Assembly (NCBI RefSeq): GCF_964204645.1
Contig: NC_134025.1
Span: forward strand, 8,618,001-8,682,000
Length of the DNA: 64,000 nt
Direction: 5' to 3'
Source: Tubulanus polymorphus
Lineage: Eukaryota > Animalia > Nemertea
Shown here in pieces: positions 28,560 through 40,298 of this stretch (the first letter of the stretch is position 1; each line of letters starts with the position of its first letter). The position numbers and the translations under genes are program-made. The notes under the pieces are model-generated. The model ran no database searches, was not told the origin of the DNA, and saw only the letters and a program-made list of their open reading frames with translations.

Positions 28560-29989
28560 TATCGTAAAATATTCCAAAGTTAAGAAAACAAAGCTTATAA
28601 CATATTCCACGAATCCACGTTAGTGATAATAGAGCGCGCTAGATCGTTTTTGAATTTGAATAATTAATGGCGATGTATGTAACTTTCCTGCAGCAAGAAA
28701 TTGAAAATGTATCCGGTGTATTTGAACTATTCACGCAAGATCTTTAGAAGAGATCGCTGCCGTTTTGGATGGAATGTGTTCACCGAAGACACGAAAAGTT
28801 ACTACGACCATATCGGAAGTAATGATGCATTCTAGTTTAAAGCAACTAAAAACCTAAACTAACACCAACAACTACAACGAAAACTACAGCACTCCGCTTG
28901 ACATCATATCTCGACTAACGCTCGTTTTCGTTTCGTAGCACTTGTAAAATTCCTGAAGTTGGTTTAGTATCAGATCCCCGGTGGTAATATATACCCCGAT
29001 TCAAAGAATTCTAGATCAAAACAAGTGCATACTTTTCATACGTGGAAAGATTTCATATATTGATACGCGTTACGGAGAAACGTGAAAAGAAGATGCTCGC
29101 GGCATCGACGTAGGTGAGAATCTTCAACAATACAAGAAATACTTTTACTTATATCTTAAAGATATACAGAAAATGAATGATAAATACTTTGATTTATGGT
29201 GACTTCTGATGTATTGTCCTTTTTGAATTTGATACAATGCATGATCTAAACATGATACATTTTTATACGAACTTGCATGCTGGTTCTGTAGGGTTTATCC
29301 CGACCCTCGATAAATCATATTATTTCTCTTTATCGCAATAAAACACTAATATCAAAGGCAGGTGCACTGCGCAATAAAAATACAGCAAAAATGTAACATT
29401 AATAATCCCATCATAAATTCTTCACTCATAAGGGACAGGAAATGAAGATTACCTCAGTTCCCCGCAGGATGACAATGCTCATTGCAGGGAACAGAGGACA
29501 TGTACACACATGTGAATATCTATCATTAATGAAGAGTTACATTTATGTACAAAACCTCCATCAGTTCTAAAGCAATGGTTGCATGATAGAATAAACAGAT
29601 TCAAAGACATGATTTCTTATGAACAAATTTGATCATTATTTATAAAAAAAAGCTGAATCGATTTCCATTTTATACAAAAACTTTCAATTATCAATTTTTT
29701 TTATAGTCATTTTTGGTGGCATTTTTCACAAACATCAATCGACTAATATGAATTTAATCACATAAAGCGATATAAATAGAGTTCAAGGAGAATTTGCCAG
29801 TTCATCCTGACTTCAACTAAATGTCATAGATATACATATCGAGATTTAGATTATATTGGCGAGAAATGGATTTTTCAATCAACCTTGGCTCGCGTATCAA
29901 CTCCGCTGAGTCGCGGTAACTGCCGTATACATATATACAGTTTGAAAGGTAAAGGTTGTCGAAGTAAGTCCTACATCTGATTTCAGATA

Positions 29990-30200
29990 CGACGACCGCA
30001 ATTCTCATTTACATGTCCCGCGAGAAACATGTTCATTTATTCTTCGTCGCCCCGAACGTGCGATGCCTCGCAGATAACGCTTTCCGTATAGATTTTTTCT
30101 AGCCGATAGGGAGATACAGACAGAGACTGAGCCGCGCGTTTCGAGAACAGTAGCGATACTACTAGTCGAGCGCCTTATGACTAAGAGAAAAACGAGCGAA
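29990..30200 (-). promoter_or_regulatory. Candidate promoter/TSS without an identified coding exon
   Basis: CpG-dense patch with Inr consensus TCAGTC (minus strand, 30130-30125) directly after CGCGCGGC. Confidence 0.3.
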
Positions 30201-33200
30201 TGACAAGGTGTACGAATAACAACCACTTATCGACGATAAGTGCAACTGGTGGAAACTCTATTTCATAAGCCGACACCCACGATATCAGCTCGAAGAGGAG
30301 ACGCGTAATAAGAAACTAAACACGATGATCCATAATCATTCATAACGCAATATCATTATGATCGCAAACATCTACCGCAGATAACGGTTTCATGACGAAC
30401 TGAAATGAAATCCAGTTCAGGTTTTATCAAAAATACGTTTATCAATCATTCTAGGGAATAAAAGCGCCAAGGTGACACATTATCGGCGTCGGTTGATTTA
30501 CCGGTTAATGCATTTTGCCAAGGATTCTGAACGGCTCACGTGAGTCATCAAAGACATCGAAATGAAGTCTTCATCGATAAGTCATCTGCAGCGACAGAGT
30601 TTCAACCTACGATGCGCGAAATGCTGAGAAATCAAACAAGTGGCACATCTAAGCTCCAACAGGTTGTAGGATTTATCGTAGATCTGATGAGACTGACGTC
30701 GTCGTTGATTCCACTGACTCACGACTCGTTATTTATGGCTGCTCTTCTTTCCTCGTCGGTTGAACTCGCGTGACCTCATGTGACTGTCACATACGTTCTT
30801 CTTCCTGAATGTAAACGTATTTCACCTAGCATCCAAGGCAAACACAATGTTTTTGTGCTGCCCATGTTTCTGACTGACGCGTTTCATGCAGCTAGTCGAT
30901 TACAGTTACGTTCATTGATGTTGACATGAACTCGGCTGACATCGCGCGATGGTCACATGCAATAGCCAGATTCACACATATCATACACAGAAATCCCCAA
31001 GAATTTGGCAATTTCACGCAGCAAGTTGATTACACTTTAGAACTCCGACGAGAAATATCAATTCATATGCACTGCTGCTGATGGCACTTCTTTCTGTCAC
31101 TACGATCTGAGAGATTTTTTCCTTTACAAGACGAACACGCAGGATCAATGCCTTCAATGTCAATGAATACCGTTTTCTATTCGCCGGGCCCATTGATCAT
31201 TATGATTGACATCCAGAAGCCGAGCAACTGACAGCGCGAATTTTGCCATATCTTTTGCAGCGTGATAAGAATTGGATAAAAATACAATCATTAGATACTG
31301 ACTTCAACAATATTTTCATGTCGATGCAGTAGAGACAGTAGTTCAATTATGTATGTAACTTTTTCCCCTTTCTGTCAGACTAGGCCAAAAAGAAAAGGCT
31401 CAGCTAGACAGGATCATGATGGGGGTGATGATATTTTTGCAGAACACCAAATATTACCAATTCAAGTGGATTCAGTCGCGTAAATACCAAATCACAGTTT
31501 GCATGTATGTCTATATACTGATTGTATGCATCCTGTATGACAACATCGATCATTTCCCTGCAGGCATATCGTGAGCAGCCAGTGGGTACTGGTCAATCAA
31601 CTGGACACCGAATCGATGTATTGACCAAATGCTTGACATCTCCCTAACCCAACCAGACCGACATAAAGCAATTATATACGAGCCTGTCATAATCTAATAA
31701 AACTGCGGTATAAAACTTAATAGACGCAATTGCTAGACTTGACAGGGATAAATGATACGACGCAGGCCATTCATTAGGTTCAAATGAAATCCACTGGCCA
31801 ACAGTTCTTTCGCAGTAATCTACATATAGTCCTACGGGCAATCATTGTATCACCTCCTGAGCCACTAACGCTTATAATTTTCCAAAAAGGTGGTTAGCGA
31901 AAACTACAGCTACAGGATAGATCCATATGAAGCCAGCCAGTAGCTGAGATACTATACTTTTAACGTATATTTGCTGATGATTTCCGTGAAATATACAGTC
32001 TAGGTCTTAATCACCTTTTTCCTTTCACAGATCTTTTTTCGCATCCTATTTCCATTAGAAGTAACATAATTGATGAGCCCAATTTGTCGCATGTTGCTCA
32101 CGCGTGCACCACCTACTCATTCATTTTCTTGTCAGTCATGATGAAATAGTTAAGTTCAATTCGAGATAAAACTTTCAGGCATCAAGAAAATTGAAATAGA
32201 GGACTCAACGTTTTCATGAAATTGTATATCTAAGTTGATTCTGCATCATACACATTCAGTATCAATGGTTGGTGAAATATCCTATTGTCTAAAGCTTATA
32301 TGCTCAGGTGACCAACATATCAGTACTTTCGGATACATCTGCATTTCCCGATCCACGGTCCATTCTTCCAATTCATTTACTCATAATCCTGTTAATAATG
32401 GATCTGATGAAAAAGGCGCTTATTCAAATCTGGCCACATGGGTAAAGGAACATTATCATAACTGTTTAATCTAATAGCCATCATTTAGGGGAATCTGCAT
32501 TAACAACAGGTAAATTAATCGATACTTAAAATGAAGAGAGCCGACTTGATCTTATCCTTATTTATTATGTATTATGAACCTCTGCCTTAAAGAGTTGTAC
32601 TGTTCCTCTTATAGAAGTACATTTCCTATTAGTATTCTGGCTCATGTGCCGGGATAAAGCCCAATAAAACCAAAATATTCAACATCAGCTAAGTGGTCTC
32701 TGACTGAGCGATATGGCCTTGAATATCACTAAGGCAACTGATGAGGTCCCTCAAAGCCTCCCAACTAATTAGACCGAGACTAGTATTCCATTCCATAATG
32801 TTTAACATCAATACCCTGAGCATGATCGCAAACGAGCTCACAGGTTCCTGCCCCTACACAACAAGCAAGCATCAATATAACTAACTGCATGATAAATCAA
32901 TTGTTATCTACGGAAAACAATGTGCAACAGGCAGCACCAGTGTTACCGGCAAATGAAGAAATTGCAAATTCGCTGTTAGAAATTTCTATATCATTAATGA
33001 ATCTAATTAAAGTTAAAAACATGAAAGATTCAGAGGATTTCATTGGCATTATCTCAATTTTAAGGCTGGCTTATGTCGACCTGCGATGCGACGCCTACGA
33101 TCATAGCCCGGCTTATGTCGACTGCGCTCCGATTCCTAGCAACTGAGCCTGACTAGCATGATAAGAGATCCAGTCAGTTGCTTCCCCTCTTATGTCGATT

Positions 33201-34725
33201 ACGATTGCTGGCAACAAAACCGACTGCAGATGGTCACGTGATAAACATTTTGAGAATAAATCTTAGATCAATGCGAATATATATATATATATCATTTAGA
33301 AAACTACCTATATGTTCTATAAATGCCATTTCTTTAAGATCTTTATCTTCCTGATTTTTAATTGAATATAAGGTGCAAATGGCATTAAAGAGGGTCACTC
33401 ATGCCATAAATCTCATTTCGATTTCATTTCAATATCTTCTGTCCAGTCATCTTGCAACAAGTCGGTAGGCATCAGGTTGCCATCGTAAGCTGGATTATCC
33501 CGAGTGGATATGACGGCAACTGGTGACCTACCATAGGCCGCACGTTGCTGATAAACCCAGGTGCATCAGCGAGGAAAAAAGCCAGCCTTTAGTTGCGTAG
33601 AGGAAAATCAGTGATTCTCTGAGCAAGGACAGAGTGATGGATGCTAACTCACATTTATCCACACTTTTCCATATCCCCCTATCAAAGGTGGGTTCTTATC
33701 TATGTCATGTACAACTCGACATATCAATCAAGTTCAGAAGAGATTACAAGAAGTTGCATTGTTGTGATACAGATTATTAACTATAATAGCTGCGCCAAAA
33801 CCGATCCCCAAGTCACACGCAAGCAAGTATACTTCAGCGTATTGTGCATTCGCCAACGTCGGTGGTTGTTGGTGATATAACTTTTATGACGTAATTTCGT
33901 ATTCCCCGCAACTTCCCACGCGGGGAACGCGCACTCGCAGAGAAACGCGATATGCACCAGTTTAACCTCGGATACTCATTCATCGGTGAACAATAGCCGA
34001 TTGGAAATAACTGATGATATTGTCAACTGAGAGCGAATATTCAACTTCTTCTCATTAACGCGATGCTGATGACAACTTGGCAATTCGTACCGTGGTTTAC
34101 ATGACAATAGTCAATGTTCATTCAGCTACTTATCTAAACCCGAAAGACATCGTTTTCAACCTCCCTTCAGATGAGCAATGAAAAAATATACTCTTTGATA
34201 ATTGGAATCAATTCTTATAGATAGATGAGATCACCATTTATAAAGGTCTATTAATAGATCTTAGAATGAATAAATATATATCACCAGCTTGAAGAAAGGT
34301 GACTGCATTAGTACGATAAAACCTACTTAATATCCTTGTTCATATCTGGGATGTTCACATTCAGGACATTTTAAAAAGATTCACCTTAATCATCTAGGAA
34401 CATCCTTATATTATTCAGTTGCGATCGCTTCTGAAATGGGACATAGGCCCCGATGCTTGGAAGTACTTTTGCGATGAGAAAGAAATCGATGTCAATTAAG
34501 AAATAAAAACAACGGTGAAAACCCAGGCGCAACAAGTAGCTAGCACTCCATAAATCGATGCATCGCCAAACGCGTAGTGATCAACTATAATAATGACATT
34601 CATGAACAATCATTAAACAACATGTGTTACACATAGTTGACACCAGTTGATCACCGGGTGAAACTTGATAACGAATCATTCATAAATAAACGAATCACGA
34701 TTGCAGCGCGAAAAAAGTAACATAC

Positions 34726-34812
34726 CTTACTTAGATGGCTACCTTCTTGGCGATAACCCGGAGTCGGGATTTTCGATCCTTTCGCCGACTCCGACGCCTG
34801 CTCGTCGGTCAT
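34726..34812 (-). CDS. Candidate alternative first coding exon MTDEQASESAKGSKIPTPGYRQEGSHLSK, phase 0
   Basis: gccgtcATG Kozak context at 34812; GC-rich codon-like composition; 29 codons ending AAG|GTATGT (intron starts 34725). A competing phase-1 donor GTAAGG exists at 34730. Confidence 0.65.
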
Positions 34813-35100
34813 GACGGCGTCCGATAAGTGAACGATAATAATCCAAACGATGAGAAAATGTTCGTACGATTCCTGTAAGATTCCATGACAGCAGCCGAAA
34901 ACCGACTTATCCTGTTGTCATAACTGCCAGTCAGTCCGTTTGCAGCGCCGACTGTCGTGTAACCGTCGACTGTTCTCTCTCTCTCTTGCTTACTTGCACG
35001 CCGCGAGACTGAAATATTAACGGCAGCTGGTTGTGTGTCGCAGTCGTGTAGGCTGCGCGTGTATCGGCATACGACAATGATCAATATTCGAACTGGGACA
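34813..35100 (-). promoter_or_regulatory. Promoter and 5' UTR of the 34.8-kb exon
   Basis: CpG-rich; Inr consensus TCAGTC on minus strand at 35012-35007; short GA/CT tract near 34974-34986. Confidence 0.5.
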
Positions 35101-35110
35101 CCTTCCCTGC

Positions 35111-35151
35111 ATGGATGGATGGATGGATGGATGAATAGTTGGATGGATGGA
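35111..35151. repeat. Interrupted (ATGG)n microsatellite
   Basis: atggatggatggatggatggatg...ggatggatgga seen directly. Confidence 0.9.
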
Positions 35152-37307
35152 CGGTATGGAGAGCAGTCCGTTTAAATGAGAACACCCGGCAAAATCTTAC
35201 CTCAGTTCCCGCTTTGAATAAATATGAATACAATGACTGAATGACTGTATTTAATAATGCACGATTATGAGTCAATGATGACTGATCCAATTATAAAAGT
35301 CGTTCTTTATTAATTAGCATCGATTTATTTACATTATCACACCAAAATAGATCCTAGCTGATCATACAATAGAGAAAATAATGATACATTTTTATGTCTG
35401 TAGAAAAAAAAGGGAATAATCCTTGACACCGTCACTGCAGAAAATGTATATCGAGTCTTCATAATCTAGTATGGAAAGTTGATCTAGCTATCAATAATGG
35501 AAACATTTTTTTTCGGATTATTGATAGAATTCGGTCTTGATGAGTTGAAGAATTTAAAATCGCTTAAAGCTTTAAAATTGAGCAAAGATGAATTTAAGTC
35601 TATTGACAGTCGAGTTACATTGTTAATCACTGACGACGAATGATGGATAGGAATAAATTGCCAGAATTCTAATAGCTATTTAATGTTCGGATTTCGAAAT
35701 TCTTCGCGCGTGGTGATCTGTTCGCTATTTCAATTACCGATTTCAAGGCTTAAGTGTGATTTATTAATGAAAATATTACGAGGCATTCGAATTCAGTTCT
35801 CGCATACAATCTTTCGAAAAGCATAAACATCATCAAATGAATGAATTTCGCACGTTTGCATGATAATAATTTTCCATTCGGTCGGCAAATAAATTCGTCC
35901 TTGTTATCTAAAATACATTGCACCCAACGGTAATCCTATAACTCACAGCGCCGGTGTCATCGTTAATACGACCGAATTCAATTCAGCAGTACGGCTACCG
36001 GCGCAACGCAGGCATCCTCCTAACGATGCCAAGCGATGCATCTGAAATGAGACGCAAATTTAATAAAAGCCCCTCGCCTTCATCAATTGTATTGTGTCAA
36101 GAGAACCGAAACAGGCGCTCTCTCGCTGCGGCGGAATACCGAACACGAAGATACGTGCTGATCCGCTTCATTCGTTATGCCGAGCAACAGTCGTGACGCT
36201 TCATATTGCGAACGTTGATTAGATTAATATCGTTATTTATTTTGTCGAAGTACTTCATCATTATATATAACAACACATAAACGGCGAGATAAAGATAATA
36301 GAACCGGAGCCACCGGCAGGAAAGTCTCATTTTAATGCCAAGCTTCCTTTTTCTACATAACAGAATCATAACTAAAAAATCATTCTTGAAAATGATATAA
36401 TATATCATTTCGCTGATTCGCTTCAGCCTCATCAGGTATGATATAAGATATGAAATAAACTATGTACAGAAGGGTATATACAAGTCCACAGAAATAAACA
36501 AATATTAACATATGAATACAAGATTTATACAGATCAATAGGTAACAGTAAACAATTCTAGAATATATTCAGGCACCATTAGCGAATGAATGCGAGTTTAG
36601 TTTAGGCTGGCATTATGTCATGCGTATATATGGCATCCTTGATGAACATTAAAAATCACCATTTCCACGTTTCTCCTTTGACATCTTTAAACATTGGCCA
36701 TCTGAGTGCTCACAATGACAAGCTCAGTTTATGAAGTTGTTTTATTATAAGGTATCGATGATCCCAATCCTAACCCGAACTTCGGCATAATCAAACCCAT
36801 TGATAGGATTGCCAAGAACTGTTGTGAGGACTGACTATGATATATCAGGACGTAATTCTTCATAGAACACCTATCATTCATTCATACAAATTTGATCACG
36901 CATCTAATTCGTATAATTTACCAAGTGTATCACTAATGAAAAAGTTGATCGTTAACAAATGCAGGCACACCTTCTTCATCATCATCAATGGACGGAATGA
37001 ATAAATCAAATTTCAAACTGTGATGCTATAGTTTTGAATATGAAATATGATTCTCGGGCAACAATGTTATCGCTGCGAAGGCTAGATAAATAATTACATC
37101 ATATTCAAGGAAAAGCAGACGCGGGCAATGCTGAAGGTTGTTTCCTGACTACAGTTTAATAATTCAGATATCTAATATTCGGTTTGCATGTGAGCAGAAA
37201 CAGATTACACCTCGGCTCTTGTTGAAATCGAAATAGATGAAAGATGATATTAGTTTTGTCGGACCACTGACTAATTGATTAGCATAAGAATACTTCACTG
37301 ATTCTAT

Positions 37308-37533
37308 AACCACGTTTACACTGCGTTATCTAGAGCGGTCTAAATTTGGCCTGTTACAATTCAGTATGGACCAAGTGTTCATACTACCAAAAGGTCAATT
37401 TCAAATTGGTCAGTTCCATTTGTGACCCATTCGTTAATGCGAACACACTCTGATTTGGTCCATTCTATATTTGGCCCGTTCCGGGTATGAACCCATTCGG
37501 AATGGTCTAACTGGTGGTAGCGTGAATGCAACT
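37308..37533 (-). mobile_element. MITE family B copy, inverted relative to the 13.6-kb copy
   Basis: Ends AACCACGTTTACACTG and TAGCGTGAATGCAACT; internal TTTGGTCCATTC and TTTGGCCCGTTCC motifs shared with 13604-13801 and 40059-40298. Confidence 0.7.
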
Positions 37534-38996
37534 TACACAATTTCTATAAGATTTTTCATCAGGTTTAATACAACGTGAATGTCATATTGTGCGAACCATT
37601 GGAGCAACAAATATGACTAATAACCAAGTTTTTTAATTGACTCAATACTTTGCGGCATATCTCGGTGAAGGGTAAGGAATGGGATAACTCATCGAATGAG
37701 ATTTATATCGATTCTCTGGGAAAAAAAATCCCAAGAAAAACTTATAGGAGGAGGTTTTTATCTGATGTTGGTTATGAAAGCCACTGGAATGAGTCAATTT
37801 GAGAAGGGTACCCAAAGAAATCTAGCTGATCAAAAGCCCACAGCCAGAAGTAATTTCTTTCCTCTTGTGAACTAGAAGGCTTCAGTAGCATGGCATGAAT
37901 TTCAATAAGTTCTCAGATATCAATGATATACACAGTCAGCGACGAAGAACCAGTGGAGTTAGCGAGTGGATGACTCTGCAAATGCTAGAGCCAAACTTGC
38001 AGTAATTATTTTCGGACTGCAACCAGTCTGTGATTTGAACAGAGACTGTTGACCCTTTCATCAACAGGGCCCAAGGGGTCGCTACAGCCTGTAATGTTCA
38101 CTTTAATTCAATTGATTCAGTTCAATCTGATTTAACCAATTGAAACTGATATTTTTGCATTCAGATTTTTGTGCAAACCCCCTACAAATTTAAGGCCCTA
38201 TCTCAGAATTAGGCTTCCTAGGAATTGGAGAATGCATAATGCTGGCCTAATAGTAACGTAATATAAGATTTTGTCAGAATGCGATTACATTTGGTTATTC
38301 TATTTATTTAATTAAGCGCCGCATTTTTCTCATAAACATTCTGATTGACATTCATCCCGACGACGTTTATATCGATGAACGCTCTCAATCATCGACCGTC
38401 GTCAAGCGTCTTTTGAAATCGACTCCTCTTTACCTAATAGCTGCCTAATAGCAACGCGCGGCAAAAGAACTGGAAAAGTACCAATAAAACTGTGTAAACC
38501 TATCGATTGATGAGGAGATCTGATCTGCCGCGCGCGTAACGGATAAACACTGCATGTAGAACAAACATGCAAAGTTTCCATCACAGGTTACAACCTTTAA
38601 TAATAATAACCGAACAACATCATTATTTAATCATTCGAGTTTATGAATTCGATTCAACCAATACCGTTTGATCTATGCGTTAATTATTGGTTTATATTGA
38701 TCCGTAAATTTGAAAGCATGAAATGATCAGTAGAAATGAGTCACTGCTATCTAAGTCTTTTAAACAGAAGTGTTTATATCATACGCATTAATTTCAAAAG
38801 GTAATCAGCCGATTCAGTAACATTATCAACGTTATTGATGATAGTTTAAGACGTCGTGGACTTTCTCTCTCATCATACAGATTTCCCTCTCAATCACCAT
38901 CTATCAGAATAACGCAACACTAGATCTTTCATCTTTACAGCTTTACAAGCGAGCCGTTAGTCTTGTTAGAAACAATATTGTAAGAAATAATATTAT

Positions 38997-39463
38997 AACA
39001 AGATGCGAATGCATCTAAGCCCGCTTGGTCAGGTGATATGTTAAGTCACAGTCGGCCATCTTGGATGAAATCGTGACCTAGTTTGGTCATGTGAATGATA
39101 GGTCATGCCAGTTGACATGCTCATAAAGATGTCTATCTGCAAAAAAACTTTGGAGTTGATGGCCAAAATGTATAATTTCAGAATCAAAATTCAGCCATCT
39201 TGGATGACATTTGGCCACTAGTTTGTGCATTTTCAGAATCCAAGTTGTCCGCCCATCAGCCATTTTGGATCTATTCACTACAAATATCAAACTCATCTGA
39301 GATTTCATGGTCATGCACAATACATCCGAATTTGAAGATGTACAAAAATTGTGGTGTGTAGTGTGTTCACAAGAAACCTGACTAACGGGTGCACGCCAGA
39401 CCCCACTTATACCCACGGGTACATCATAAGCCCTAATGGCCTTCGGCAAAGCAGGCTAAAAAA
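38997..39463. mobile_element. Helentron-associated (HINE/DINE-1-like) non-autonomous element
   Basis: Starts AACAAGA with a small hairpin AGATGC-gaat-GCATCT and TAAGCCCGC; three internal GCCAT(C/T)TTGGAT motifs; ends TAAGCCC...GGCCTTCGGC...GCAGGCTAAAAAA (subterminal inverted repeat, hairpin, A-run). Classification is inferred from architecture only. Confidence 0.55.
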
Positions 39464-40058
39464 CATGTTACAACTCATTGGTGAACTTTTCATTAGTCGA
39501 TACAGATTGAGCGATAATTTTTCATAATGGCATCAGTTCATTGAATTATTATGGAAATTATACGCATGCATCTGGAAAAGAACGAACTCGCAAACTGAAT
39601 GTAAAACATGTAAAATACACCAAGTACATGCGCAGCGAAACTAGATTTCCAGATTTTGTACTAAGGTTTCATTGAGTCATAACTTCGAATGCACACCTTG
39701 CACCATGCGGCAGGCAGGTAAGAAAATTCAAATCAAAGAGGCTGGAACATCTGCTCACCGCTCTCCGAGAATATCCAGGGTGCATTAACAAGTCCTTATA
39801 ATCTCTCCACCAAGCCAGGTTAAAGCAAGTTCCAAAGATTAGAAACGTATGCCTACCTCTCTCAAACTCTTGAGTTCACTTTTTAAACAACTAGGATCGA
39901 TTTAGTTTTTAAATTGAAAATGAATCGATTTCAGGCTTTACAGGAATCAACATGAACTTCCTATGGCACTGTTTTCTCAGGAGATATCAAGAAGGGGCAA
40001 CGAAGTCAGAGATATTCTTAGAGAACCACCCATTTGCAGATCTTGCAGATCTTTCTTA

Positions 40059-40298
40059 AGCCACGCTCACACTACGTTATAAAGAATTGCTTTAAATAAT
40101 AACAGCCAGGGACTAATAAAGCTATCATTCAGGGGAAATTTCGTTTCGGGGCAAAACATTCATAGCGGCATCTCGTGGGGCCAGTCTGTAGCCAATTCGG
40201 CAAAACGTATATGAACGCATACTCTGATTTGGCCCATTCCAATACAGACCCATTTGGAACGGTCTAACCATCTAACTAGTGATAGTGTGAATGGACCT
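40059..40298 (-). mobile_element. MITE family B copy with a divergent middle segment
   Basis: Left AGCCACGCTCACACTACGTTAT, right TAGTGTGAATGGACCT; ACTCTGATTTGG(C/T)CCATTC and GGAA(C/T)GGTCTAAC shared with the 37.4-kb copy. Confidence 0.65.

Noticed and set aside
39087-39449. 120-aa ORF; similarly the ORFs at 40160-40393 and 47345-47725
   Set aside because: They lie in or overlap non-autonomous repeats and show no transposase motifs.
39759-39785. Phase-0 candidate MHPGYSRRA|GTGAGC on minus strand
   Set aside because: Poor Kozak context, CpG-poor upstream region, nine codons only.
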